In this document: positions 50,798 through 59,908 of the stretch, one piece after another | How positions within the stretch are numbered: the stretch's first letter is position 1 | Layout: every line of letters starts with the position of its first letter | NCBI GenBank assembly: GCA_965116825.1 | Contig: OZ220736.1 | Coordinates: forward strand, 258,452 to 322,451 | Source: Vicinamibacterales bacterium | Lineage (GTDB): Bacteria; Acidobacteriota; Vicinamibacteria; Vicinamibacterales; UBA8438 | Direction of reading: 5' to 3' | DNA: 64,000 nt | Made by a program: the position numbers and the translations under genes | Notes under the pieces: generated by a model | Seen by the model: only the letters and a program-made list of their open reading frames with translations | Told to the model about the DNA's origin: nothing | Databases searched by the model: none

Positions 50798-52714
50798 ATG
50801 GCGAGTTCATATTCGGCAAAGGACATCACCGTCCTCGAGGGCCTGGAGCCGGTGCGCAAGCGTCCCGGCATGTACATCGGGGGCGTCGGCTCGGCCGGCC
50901 TGCATCACCTCGTCTGGGAGATCCTCGACAACGCGGTCGACGAGGCCATGAACGGCCATGCCGCGAACGTTCAGGTGACGCTCCACGGCGACGGATCGAC
51001 GGTAACCGTCGTGGACGACGGCCGCGGCATGCCGGTCGACCGGCACCCGAAGACCGGCCGGAACGCGCTGGAGGTGATATTCACCACGTTGCATGCGGGT
51101 GGAAAATTCGAGAATCGGACCTACCGCACGGCCGGCGGGCTGCACGGCGTCGGCGCCAGCGTGGTCAACGCCCTGTCGCAGGAGCTGGTCGCCACGTCGA
51201 AGCGGGACGGCTTCCTCTGGCAGCAGACCTTCCGGCGCGGGAAGCCGGTGGCCGCACTTCAGAAGCTGAAGCCGGCGCGCGGCACCGGCACCACCATCCG
51301 CTTCCACCCTGATCCGCGAATCTTCCCCAGGACCACGTTCGATGCCGGGCTCATTCGGCAGCGGCTCGAAATCGCCAGCTACGTCCACGGCGGGGTGCGG
51401 TTCGTGTTCACGGACGAGGCCCAGGACGCCAGGGAGGAGTTCCGCCACGAGCACGGCCTGCCGGACTACCTCGCCCGGCTGGTGAAGGAACGCGGCGCCG
51501 ACCCGGTGCACGACGCGCCGTTCCTTCTCGCGCGGGAGCACGCGGACTCGGGCTCGCGGATCGAGGTCGTGCTGCAGTGGACGGAGGCTACCGACGAGCA
51601 CCTGCGCAGCTACGTCAACGGCATCCCGACCGCGTCCGGCGGCACGCACGAGAACGGTGTGCGGGCCGGCCTCGGCAAGGCCGTCCGCAACTTCATCGAG
51701 ACGCACAACCTCACCCCGAAGGGGGTCTCGCTTACCGCGGACGACATACGGGAGGGACTTGCCGGCGTCATTTCGCTCTTCGTCCCGAACCCGCAGTTCC
51801 AGGGACAGACCAAGGACCGGCTGAACAATCCCGAGCTCGCACCGGTCCTCGACGGCGCGGTGCGGCCCGCCCTCGAACACTGGCTGAACCACAACATCAG
51901 CGTGGCCGAGGCGATCGTCGCGCGGATCATACTGGCCGCCCGTGCGCGCGAGGCGAGCCGTGCCGCACAACAGGCGGTATCGCGCAAGAGCGCGACGTCG
52001 AACCGGCTGAATCTGCCCGGCAAGCTGAGCGACTGCACCGGCAATGCCCGCGGCGACAGCGAGCTCTTCATCGTGGAGGGCGATTCTGCGGGCGGCTCCG
52101 CCAAGCAGGGACGCGACCGGACCCGGCAGGCAATCCTCCCGCTGCGCGGCAAGGTGCTCAACGTCGAGAGCGCCCCGACATCGAAGGTGCTGGCCAACAA
52201 GGAGCTGTCCGACGTCGTGACCGCGCTCGGCTGCGGCCTCGGAAAGAACTTCGACATCACGAAGCTGCGCTATGACCGGATCATCATCCTCGCCGATGCG
52301 GATTCGGACGGCAACCACATCGCCACGCTGCTGCTGACCTTCTTCTACCGTTTCCTGCCGAAGCTGATCGCCCACGGGAAGGTCTTTCTGGCGCAGCCGC
52401 CGCTCTATCGCATCGACGTCGGCAAGGAAACCTTCTGGGCGCTCGACGACGGCCACCGCGACACCATCGTCAAGGCGCACACCAACGGTCGCGGCGCTCC
52501 CGAGATCACACGCTTCAAGGGCCTTGGGGAAATGATGCCGAAGGTGCTGTGGGAGACCACTCTGAATCCCCTCACGCGGCGCCTGCTGCGGGTGGCGGTC
52601 AGCGATCAGCTCCTGACCGACAGAGTCATCACGGACCTGATGGGCAAGGACGCCTCGGCGCGGTTCCGTTTCATCATGGAGCGGGCCGACGAAGCTCTGG
52701 ATCTGGACGTGTAG
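50798..52714 (+). CDS. Type IIA DNA topoisomerase subunit B (GyrB/ParE family)
   Basis: 638-aa ORF. LEGLEPVRKRPGMYIGG, LHHLVWEILDNAVDEA, GGLHGVGASVVNALS, Toprim EGDSAGGSAKQGRDR and ILADADSDGNHI, KGLGEM. Confidence 0.92.
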   Translation: MASSYSAKDITVLEGLEPVRKRPGMYIGGVGSAGLHHLVWEILDNAVDEAMNGHAANVQVTLHGDGSTVTVVDDGRGMPVDRHPKTGRNALEVIFTTLHAGGKFENRTYRTAGGLHGVGASVVNALSQELVATSKRDGFLWQQTFRRGKPVAALQKLKPARGTGTTIRFHPDPRIFPRTTFDAGLIRQRLEIASYVHGGVRFVFTDEAQDAREEFRHEHGLPDYLARLVKERGADPVHDAPFLLAREHADSGSRIEVVLQWTEATDEHLRSYVNGIPTASGGTHENGVRAGLGKAVRNFIETHNLTPKGVSLTADDIREGLAGVISLFVPNPQFQGQTKDRLNNPELAPVLDGAVRPALEHWLNHNISVAEAIVARIILAARAREASRAAQQAVSRKSATSNRLNLPGKLSDCTGNARGDSELFIVEGDSAGGSAKQGRDRTRQAILPLRGKVLNVESAPTSKVLANKELSDVVTALGCGLGKNFDITKLRYDRIIILADADSDGNHIATLLLTFFYRFLPKLIAHGKVFLAQPPLYRIDVGKETFWALDDGHRDTIVKAHTNGRGAPEITRFKGLGEMMPKVLWETTLNPLTRRLLRVAVSDQLLTDRVITDLMGKDASARFRFIMERADEALDLDV

Positions 52715-53214
52715 GAACCCGGAGGCAGTTTCTTGTTCTTACTCGCCGGCGACGACTGTGACGACACGCCGGCCAATCGCGCGGCTTCGGTGTCTGTGCG
52801 GAAACGAAAGTCCCGCGGCGCCACTCGATAGCAGAAATTGCCTACCCGGGGAGCGACGATTCGGCATGCACATTACGTGCGACCACGCTATCGGGCAACC
52901 ACAAGACCCTCTACATCCAAGCGCGGAGGCAGTAGACCTGCCGCGCACTCTCGACTTGACATTCCGCCGGACACGGCGCATTGTAGTGACGCGCTGCGCT
53001 CCAGAAAAACGGTCGGGACGTCCGACGTGTGTTTCTGCTCGCCCAGCGGACCCTGCATCGATCGGAATGACGGAAGTATCCGTGACGCAATCGACTCGCG
53101 CTCCTAGCGGTCCGTACGGGCCGCGCGAAGATTCGTTCGCCCAACCCGCAGCCCGGCCCGGCAGGAAGGCCGTCACCTCCACGAACCCATCGCGAGAAAC
53201 ACCAGGATCTGACA

Positions 53215-54306
53215 GTGCATTGGTATCCAAGCTACGTACCTGTCGATGAGCAGCGGGCACGAACCGTATCGGAGATGCTCGAGCTGCGAGCACGCGGCGT
53301 GCGGGTGCAGCCGATCGAGATCAGGGGACGCACCATCGCGCAGGGCTTCTGGGGCCGCCGTTGGTGCGAACACCTGGAATCGTTTTCGGAACATGCGGCC
53401 CGTCTCGCGCACGGGCGCGCCTACGTGCGCAACGGCTCCGTCTGTCATCTGGCGATAGACGCCGGCGGCATCGACGCGATGGTGGTCGGATCGACGCTCT
53501 ACCACGTCGCCATTCGCATACGGCAACTCGATAGAGCGACCTGGACCGCCATCTCGAGCGCGTGCGCCGGAGAGATCGGCTCGGTAGACGAGTTGCGCGA
53601 GGGCCGATTGCCCGATCGAGTCGTCGAAGTCCTCACCGATCGCGACGCCGGCCTGTTCCCGGGTCCTGGCGAGATCGTGCCGGAATGCGAGTGCTCCGAC
53701 CGGGCGACCATGTGCAAGCATGCAGCCGCCGCGCTGGCCGGCGTCGGCAGCCGGCTCGACGACCACCCGGAGCTGCTCTTCCTGCTGCGCGGTATCGACG
53801 AGACGGAGCTGACTGGAACGGTCGCGTCGCCGCCACACGGGAACACGGAAATCGAACCGTTGGCCAACGGCAATCCCGGAACGTTCTTCGACGTCGGTCT
53901 CGCCGCCGGCGGCGCAGCGGCGCCAGAGTCCACAGCGACACTGAACCTCGCGGGACCGGAAACGCCGGGCGCGCCCGCCTTCAGAGACTCCATCCCGACC
54001 CCGGCGGCGCCTCGCAAGGTCAAGAAGACGCTCACGTATCGACCTCCGACCTCGATCACCCACCGCGCGGCACTCCCGCAGACGGGCGGAAACGATGCAA
54101 CCGATGGATTCCAGCCTACGGGCGAGCTGGTCGCGAGCCTGCGCGAGCGCTGCGGCTGCTCGGTCGTCGAGTTCGCGGATCTGATTCAGGTCACCGCGAC
54201 GACGGTGCGCCGCTGGGAAACCACGTCCGGACGGCTCAACCTGCACGCCCGCCCGTGGGAGGCCCTGCTGGCGCTGCACCTGGAAATCGAGAAACACGAG
54301 GCCTGA
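53215..54306 (+). CDS. SWIM zinc-finger protein with C-terminal XRE-like HTH
   Basis: 363-aa ORF (GTG start). SWIM CxCxnCxH signature in PECECSDRATMCKHAAAAL, preceded by the family-typical GFWGRRWCEHLESF and RGRAYVRNGSV. The C-terminal ..CSVVEFADLIQVTATTVRRWETTSGR looks like an HTH. Confidence 0.75.
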   Translation: MHWYPSYVPVDEQRARTVSEMLELRARGVRVQPIEIRGRTIAQGFWGRRWCEHLESFSEHAARLAHGRAYVRNGSVCHLAIDAGGIDAMVVGSTLYHVAIRIRQLDRATWTAISSACAGEIGSVDELREGRLPDRVVEVLTDRDAGLFPGPGEIVPECECSDRATMCKHAAAALAGVGSRLDDHPELLFLLRGIDETELTGTVASPPHGNTEIEPLANGNPGTFFDVGLAAGGAAAPESTATLNLAGPETPGAPAFRDSIPTPAAPRKVKKTLTYRPPTSITHRAALPQTGGNDATDGFQPTGELVASLRERCGCSVVEFADLIQVTATTVRRWETTSGRLNLHARPWEALLALHLEIEKHEA

Positions 54307-54323
54307 TGTACAGGAGGCACCTG

Positions 54324-55313
54324 ATGACGCAGCGGTCCGCAGCTCCCCTCGGCGTCATGGTCCTGGTCTTCGCAATCCTCGCGTTCTTGCCGGCCGCGGC
54401 GGCAGGCCAGGACGGCGCCCTCTGGACGCCGGACGGGCAGCCCGACCTGCAGGGCGTCTGGAACTTCTCTACCGCCACGCCGCTGGAACGGCCCCCGGAA
54501 CTGGCCGACAAGGCGACGCTCACGGCCGAGGAAGCGGCCGAGTGGGAGACGCAGGTCGCCGAGCAGCGAGCCAGCTTCGAATCCGAGCTCGAGGACGCCC
54601 CGCTGGAGGCGCGCCTCGGCTACAGCGTGCGCGTCTGGTTCGAGTGGAGCGATGCGCTCGAAGCGCGTCGGACGTCGCTCGTGATCGATCCGCCGAACGG
54701 ACGCATCCCGGCCGTGCGGCCTGAGGTCGAGGTGCGGCGCGAGATCGGGCGGATCCTGCGCGGCCGGCATGCGCACGGCCCCGAGGACCGGGGCATCTCC
54801 GAGCGTTGCCTGCTCGGTTTCAACTCCGGGCCGCCGATGACGCCGAGCGCCTACAACAACAACATGCAGTTGTTCCAGACCGCCGACCACGTGGTCATCC
54901 TCAACGAGATGGTCCACAACGCCCGCGTCGTTCCGCTCGACGGGCGCCGCCACCTGCCGGCCGGCCTGCGCCAGTGGGTCGGCGACTCGCGGGCGAGCTG
55001 GGACGACGACACGCTGGTGGTCGAGACGCGCAACTTCCTGCGCGAGACATCCCTCGGCGGGTCGAGCGCCGGCATGCGCCTGGTCGAGCGCTTCACCCGC
55101 CTGGACGCCGACACCCTGCGCTACGAGTTCACGGTCAGCGACCCGACCACCTGGACGGGGCCCTGGACGGCGCAAGTGCGGATGACGCGCACCGACGAGC
55201 CGCTCTACGAGTACGCCTGCCACGAGGGCAACTACTCCATGCCCAGCTCGCTCTCGGGCGCCCGCGCGATGGAGGCGAGGGAAGCGGCGGCGGGCGCTGA
55301 CCAGCAGCCGTAG
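54324..55313 (+). CDS. Secreted hypothetical protein
   Basis: Last 329 aa of the 583-aa track ORF. ATG preceded by AGGAGG (54312-54317). Signal MTQRSAAPLGVMVLVFAILAFLPAAAAGQ. Ordinary amino-acid composition, ends ..YEYACHEGNYSM... No family recognised. Confidence 0.65.
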   Translation: MTQRSAAPLGVMVLVFAILAFLPAAAAGQDGALWTPDGQPDLQGVWNFSTATPLERPPELADKATLTAEEAAEWETQVAEQRASFESELEDAPLEARLGYSVRVWFEWSDALEARRTSLVIDPPNGRIPAVRPEVEVRREIGRILRGRHAHGPEDRGISERCLLGFNSGPPMTPSAYNNNMQLFQTADHVVILNEMVHNARVVPLDGRRHLPAGLRQWVGDSRASWDDDTLVVETRNFLRETSLGGSSAGMRLVERFTRLDADTLRYEFTVSDPTTWTGPWTAQVRMTRTDEPLYEYACHEGNYSMPSSLSGARAMEAREAAAGADQQP

Positions 55314-55367
55314 GGTCAAGGGAAACACCGAGCGGCTTCGCGTCTACGTAGACCGGACCTCCCTCCC

Positions 55368-55985
55368 ATGGCCGCGCTCGACTGGATCACCATAGAGGGG
55401 TTCAAGAGCATCAAGCGCATCGAGCGCTTGCACCTGAACCCCATCAATGTCCTGATCGGGTCCAACGGCTCCGGAAAGTCGAACTTCATCGGCTTGTTCT
55501 CGTTCCTTCGCGAGATCCGCGCCGGGCGGCTGCAGGAGTACGTGAGGCGGTCCGGCGGCGCGGACAAGGTCCTGCATTTCGGGACCCGAAACACGTCGCG
55601 GTTGGACGTCCATGCATCGTTGGGCGACGAGGTGAACCAATACGTACTCACACTGGCCTCGAATGCAGAGGACAGTCTCTTTCCGCTACGGGAAGAGTGT
55701 CACGGACGTGGACAAAGACACATCCTCTCGACATCGGGACCGGAAACCTGGATCAGCGAACGCGACCTGCACATTTGCGATCGCGATGCGGCGATCCAGG
55801 ACGTCCGCATGCACCTCGATAGTTGGCGTGTCTACCACCTGCACGACCGTGGACGGCGGAACGCAGCTCATCAGGCTGTTGCTGCGGAACTCGAAGAATG
55901 GCTGCAAGACGACAGCCTCGGCCAGTTGTGGGAAAAGAACCAGTTCGGCGGCCGGCCCGGCCGTATCGGTGCCGAGCGGCAGTAG
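55368..55985 (+). pseudogene. Remnant of an AAA_21/AAA_15-type (ABC/SMC-like) ATPase, internally deleted
   Basis: 205-aa ORF. N-terminus intact (IEGFKSIKRIERLHLNPINVLIGSNGSGKSNFIGLFSFL..GGADKVLHFG..WRVYHLHD). It then jumps to a short C-terminal tail (..LGQLWEKNQFGGRP). No Walker B/DEPE, signature or H-loop region. About half the length I expect for this family. Confidence 0.6.
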
Positions 55986-55990
55986 AAACG

Positions 55991-56196
55991 ATGTCCCGGC
56001 TGCTGGTTCACGTCGAGGGCCAGACCGAAGAGCGATTGTGGGGCAGCGGGTGGAACGCCTCGTCCGTGGAGACCAGAAACCCCTGCTGGGCACGCTTGCC
56101 GCATTGGAGATCGGGCTCGGAACCATGCGGCTTGAATGCCCTCACTTCGGGGGCTGGCCGAATCGCCTGGAGGAGTTGCCGCAAATCCAGGCCTGA
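55991..56196 (+). pseudogene. Remnant of a DUF4276 family gene (partner of the AAA ATPase)
   Basis: ATG at 55991 gives MSRLLVHVEGQTEE, the characteristic DUF4276 N-terminus. It then degenerates. A different frame ending at 56196 carries a C-terminal-like ..LECPHFGGWPNRLEELPQ. The middle of the gene is missing. Confidence 0.5.
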
Positions 56197-56230
56197 GCCG
56201 AGGAGTGCGAGGGCCACTGGATTCGGGCGT

Positions 56231-56257
56231 CGGTGAGCGCGGACGAGAGGCTCACCG
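56231..56257. terminator. 8-bp stem hairpin between the convergent DUF4276 remnant and the LplA-like gene
   Basis: CGGTGAGC (56231-56238), 11-nt loop, GCTCACCG (56250-56257). 21 nt past the LplA-like stop. No U-tract, so function as an intrinsic terminator is uncertain. Confidence 0.25.
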
Positions 56258-56278
56258 TCACGAACGACCGCAACGGCT

Positions 56279-56998
56279 TCAGCCGGACGTACACCGCGCG
56301 CTGAGCGCGGGGAGCCGCCCGAGACGGCGCACGATTTCGTCGCGCGGCAGCGGCGCGTTGGTCAGGAACTCGCGGTGGGTCCGCCGCCCGCGCCAGGCCG
56401 GGCGGCGCGGCGGCTCCGGCAGCAGCGCGTCGATCAGGGCGAGATCGAAGTCGTAGAGCAGCACCCCGTGGTGGAGGAGGGCGCCGCGCACCCGCCGCTG
56501 AGCGTGCCCGGCGAACTTCCGCTCGCGAACGGCGAGGTCGGTCGACCGGGTCGCGACGCCGTCGACGGCCAGGACGCCGGCCAGCCCGCTGAGCACCCAC
56601 GCGTAGCTGCGTTCGACGTCGGCCAGCCAGGGGCGCGTGCCGAGCGACAGCACCAGCGCGACGTTCAGGCAGCCGGGACCGACGACGACCGCGCCGCCGC
56701 CCGATTCCCGGTGCAGCAGCGGAATGCCCCGCGCGGCGCAGGCCGGCCGGTGCGCCCACGCCTCGGGATCGCCGCGCCGGGGCAATATCACGGCAGTCCG
56801 GGTGGACTCCCAGATGAGCAGCCGCTCGCCCGCATCCGCCGGGGCGGCCGTGCCGACCCGCGGGACCGGCGCCCGCCCGGGGGCATCCGCACGCAGAGCC
56901 GTCCGCCGTGCCACGGCCTGTTCCAGGCGCCGCAACGCCTCGATTTCGAGCGCGAGCCCGCGCCCCGGCGGCAGCGGCCCGTGATCTTCGAGGTGCAT
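56279..56998 (-). CDS. Lipoate/octanoate-protein ligase-like protein (BPL_LplA_LipB family)
   Basis: In-frame ATG (56998) of the 277-aa ORF. LLIWESTRTAVILPRRGD, LLHRESGGGAVVVGPGCLNVALVL (cf. the RxSGGGAV motif of LplA), and catalytic-lysine context DLAVRERKFAGHAQRR. Confidence 0.78.
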   Translation of the reverse strand: MHLEDHGPLPPGRGLALEIEALRRLEQAVARRTALRADAPGRAPVPRVGTAAPADAGERLLIWESTRTAVILPRRGDPEAWAHRPACAARGIPLLHRESGGGAVVVGPGCLNVALVLSLGTRPWLADVERSYAWVLSGLAGVLAVDGVATRSTDLAVRERKFAGHAQRRVRGALLHHGVLLYDFDLALIDALLPEPPRRPAWRGRRTHREFLTNAPLPRDEIVRRLGRLPALSARCTSG

Positions 56999-57124
56999 GG
57001 AATGGCGCGGCTCCCGCGACGGCGCCCGGACGTCGACACGCGGTCGCATCGCCGAAACGGGCGCGCCCCGGCGGCCGTACCGCGGCAGCGTGCGCCAGCG
57101 TTCCAGGTACAATCCAGATCCACC

Positions 57125-58300
57125 GTGCCATCACCTGAGCGCTCCGGGCCAGTGTATCTGGATTGCGCGGCCACCTGTCCCATCGACCCGCGCGTGCAAG
57201 CCGAGCTGCGGCGCTTCAGCGAAGTGGACTTCGGCAACGCCGGTAGCCGCACGCACGCCCACGGGCGGGTCGCGCGGCAGGCGGTGGAACGCGCGCGCGC
57301 ACACGTCGCGCGGGTGGCGGGCGTGCGCCGCAACGAGGTGGTCTTCACGAGCGGCGCCACCGAGTCGAACAACCTGGCCCTGCTCGGCCTCGAGACCTTC
57401 GGGCGCGCCGAGGGCCGCACGCACCTCGTCGGCACGACGATCGAGCACCACGCGGTGCTGGAGCCGTTGCGCGTGCTCGCCGCGCGCGGCTTCGAGCTGA
57501 CCCTGGTGGATCCGGAGCCCGGCGGCCGGGTCGACGCGGACCGCGTGGCCGCCGCGGTGCGGTCCGACACGCTGCTCGTCTCGGTGATGCAGGTCAACAA
57601 CGAGACCGGCGTCCAGCAACCGATCGCCGGGATTGCGGACCGGCTTTCCGGATCGGAAGCCTTCCTGCACGTCGACGCGGCGCAGGGATTCGGGAAGGCG
57701 CTCGCGGCGCTGCGGCATCCCCGCGTCGATCTGATCAGCGTCAGCGGCCACAAGATCTGCGGCCCGAAGGGCATCGGGGCCCTGCTCGCCCGGCATCGGG
57801 CCGGCGCGCGCCCCCCGCTGGCGCCTTTGCTCCACGGCGGCGGACAGGAGCTGGGACTGCGCCCCGGCACGCTCCCGGTCGCGCCGATCGCGGCGTTCGG
57901 CAGGGCGGCCGAGCTGGCTCTCGACGAGCACGGCGCCCGCCGCGCGGCGGCGGCCGCGTTCGAGCAGCGCCTGCTCGCGGGACTGGCGCCCCTCGGGCCG
58001 CGAGTGCACGGCGACCCCGACCATCGGCTGCCGTACATCCTCAATCTCTCGATTCCGGGCTGGGACAAGGAGGCGCTCATCGAGGCCTGGGCCGATCTGG
58101 CCGCCATCTCCGACGGTGCCGCCTGCACCTCGCAGTCCTATACCTGCAGCCATGTGCTGGCCGCGATGGGACTGTCGGCGGCCGAGGAAGCCGGCGCCGT
58201 GCGGCTCTCGTGGTGTCATCTGTCCGAGCTGCCGGACCTCGCGGCGATGACCGGCGCGCTGCTCGCCGGCGCCGTCTCAGGAGCGCCGCGGTCATCATGA
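57125..58300 (+). CDS. Class V aminotransferase / cysteine desulfurase (NifS/IscS-like)
   Basis: GTG at 57125 inside the 641-aa track ORF. VYLDCAATCPIDPRV.., FTSGATESNNLAL, PLP lysine in SVSGHKICGPKGIGAL, active-site Cys loop ISDGAACTSQS. Confidence 0.85.
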   Translation: MPSPERSGPVYLDCAATCPIDPRVQAELRRFSEVDFGNAGSRTHAHGRVARQAVERARAHVARVAGVRRNEVVFTSGATESNNLALLGLETFGRAEGRTHLVGTTIEHHAVLEPLRVLAARGFELTLVDPEPGGRVDADRVAAAVRSDTLLVSVMQVNNETGVQQPIAGIADRLSGSEAFLHVDAAQGFGKALAALRHPRVDLISVSGHKICGPKGIGALLARHRAGARPPLAPLLHGGGQELGLRPGTLPVAPIAAFGRAAELALDEHGARRAAAAAFEQRLLAGLAPLGPRVHGDPDHRLPYILNLSIPGWDKEALIEAWADLAAISDGAACTSQSYTCSHVLAAMGLSAAEEAGAVRLSWCHLSELPDLAAMTGALLAGAVSGAPRSS

Positions 58301-58773
58301 CGACGCCCTCCGCGAGCTTCATCCGCTACAAGCGCTCCCGGTTCGCGACGCGCCTGCCGGCCGGCCACCGCTACACCCGGTCGCACTACTGGCTGGATCG
58401 GGACGCTTCCGGAGGCTGGCGGATCGGATTGACGACATTCGCCACCCGGATGCTGGGCGACCTAGTAGAATGCACGTTTGCGGTAGGGCCGGGCGACACG
58501 GTGGAGGTGGGCCAGCCGATCGGCTCGATAGAGGGGTTCAAGGCAATCTCCGACATCTACGCGGTGGCGTCGGGCCGCTTCGTCGGGGCGAACGCAGCCC
58601 TCGACAGCGACATCACGCTGGTCGAATCGGCGCCGTACGGCGACGGCTGGCTCTACGTCGTGGACGGGACCGCGGATCCGGAGAACCTCGGCGTCGGCGA
58701 GTACGTGCACGTGCTCGACGCGACGGTCGACAGGATGCTGGCAAGCCGCCGCGAAGGTGACAAGGATGTCTGA
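58297..58773 (+). CDS. GcvH-like lipoyl-carrier protein (glycine cleavage H family)
   Basis: ATG 58297 forms an ATGA overlap with the desulfurase stop. YTRSHYWLD..WRIGLTTFATRMLGDLVEC (H-protein N-terminal signature). Lipoyl-lysine context GSIEGFKAISDIYAVASG. PYGDGWLYVV. Confidence 0.8.
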   Translation: MTTPSASFIRYKRSRFATRLPAGHRYTRSHYWLDRDASGGWRIGLTTFATRMLGDLVECTFAVGPGDTVEVGQPIGSIEGFKAISDIYAVASGRFVGANAALDSDITLVESAPYGDGWLYVVDGTADPENLGVGEYVHVLDATVDRMLASRREGDKDV

Positions 58774-59908
58774 CCTCGAACCGGGACCGAAGACGACGGC
58801 GGATGCCCGGGCCCGCTATGTCATGGTCGGCGGCTTCCTCGGCGCCGGCAAGACGACGGCGATCCTCCGGCTCGCGCGGTTTCTGACCGGGCAGGGACAG
58901 CGGGTCGGGTTGATCACCAACGATCAGAGCGTCGGCCTCGTCGACACGACGCTCGCCCGCGCGCAGGGATTCCCGGTGGAGGAGATCACCGGCGGCTGCT
59001 TCTGCTGCCGGTTCAACACGTTGATGGACGCGGCCGACCGGCTGAACGCCGAGGCCCGGCCCGACGTCTTCATCGCCGAGCCGGTGGGAAGCTGCACGGA
59101 CCTGCGGGCCGCGGTCAGCTATCCGTTGCGGCGGATGTACGGCGACGCGTTCGAGATCGCGCCGCTGAGCGTGCTCGTCGATCCGCTTCGCGCGCTGCGG
59201 GTGCTCGGGCTGGAAGCGGGCCGCTCGTTCTCCAGGAAGGTGCTGTACGTCTACGACCGGCAGCTCGCCGAGGCGGACGCCATCGTGGTGAACAAGGTCG
59301 ACCTGCTCGACGAGGCGCGGCTGGAACGGCTGCGCAACGCGCTGGCGGCGCGCTATCCGCGGGCAGACGTGCTCGCCATGTCGGCGCGCGAGGGAGACGG
59401 GGCGGCCTCCTGGTTCGAGCGGGTGACGCGCGGTGCTATGGGTCTCGGGACGTCACCGGACGTAGACTACGAGGTGTACGCCGAGGGCGAGGCGCTGCTC
59501 GGCTGGCTGAACGCGACGGCGCGCGTCTCCTGCGACACGCCGTTCGACGGCAATGCGCTGCTGCGCGGCCTCGCCGGACACATGGCGGAGGCCATCGGCA
59601 CGGCGGAGATCGCGCACCTGAAGATGACGCTGACCGCGGAGGAGCTGCCGTCGGACATCGCCGTGCTGAATCTGGTGGCGGGCGACCGCGGCGCCGAGCT
59701 GGCCCACACGCTGAAGGCGCCGGTCGACGCGGGCGAGCTGATCGTCAACCTGCGGGCCGAGGATGACCCGGAGCGCCTGCACGACGCGGCGCTGGCGGCC
59801 ATCGCGGCATGGGAGGCGGCCGGCGCCGGACGCCGGGCCGCCATCGAGCACATCGAGCACTTCCGGCCGGCCAAGCCGACTCCGACCTGGCGCATGGCGA
59901 CGGCGTGA
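58757..59908 (+). CDS. G3E-family P-loop GTPase (CobW/HypB/UreG/COG0523-like metallochaperone)
   Basis: 383-aa ORF. Walker A GGFLGAGKTT, CxCC-like metal motif GGCFCC, FIAEPVGS, NKVDL. Overlaps the GcvH-like 3' end (GTG 58757 or ATG 58766). The C-terminal about 150 aa are unassigned. Confidence 0.8.
   Translation: MTRMSDLEPGPKTTADARARYVMVGGFLGAGKTTAILRLARFLTGQGQRVGLITNDQSVGLVDTTLARAQGFPVEEITGGCFCCRFNTLMDAADRLNAEARPDVFIAEPVGSCTDLRAAVSYPLRRMYGDAFEIAPLSVLVDPLRALRVLGLEAGRSFSRKVLYVYDRQLAEADAIVVNKVDLLDEARLERLRNALAARYPRADVLAMSAREGDGAASWFERVTRGAMGLGTSPDVDYEVYAEGEALLGWLNATARVSCDTPFDGNALLRGLAGHMAEAIGTAEIAHLKMTLTAEELPSDIAVLNLVAGDRGAELAHTLKAPVDAGELIVNLRAEDDPERLHDAALAAIAAWEAAGAGRRAAIEHIEHFRPAKPTPTWRMATA

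Noticed and set aside
52739-53293. ORFs 52739..53293 (-) and 52758..53249 (+) filling the spacer after the topoisomerase B gene
   Set aside because: Both run into flanking genes, lack recognisable motifs or ribosome-binding sites, and have odd composition. I treated the spacer as non-coding, but with low certainty.
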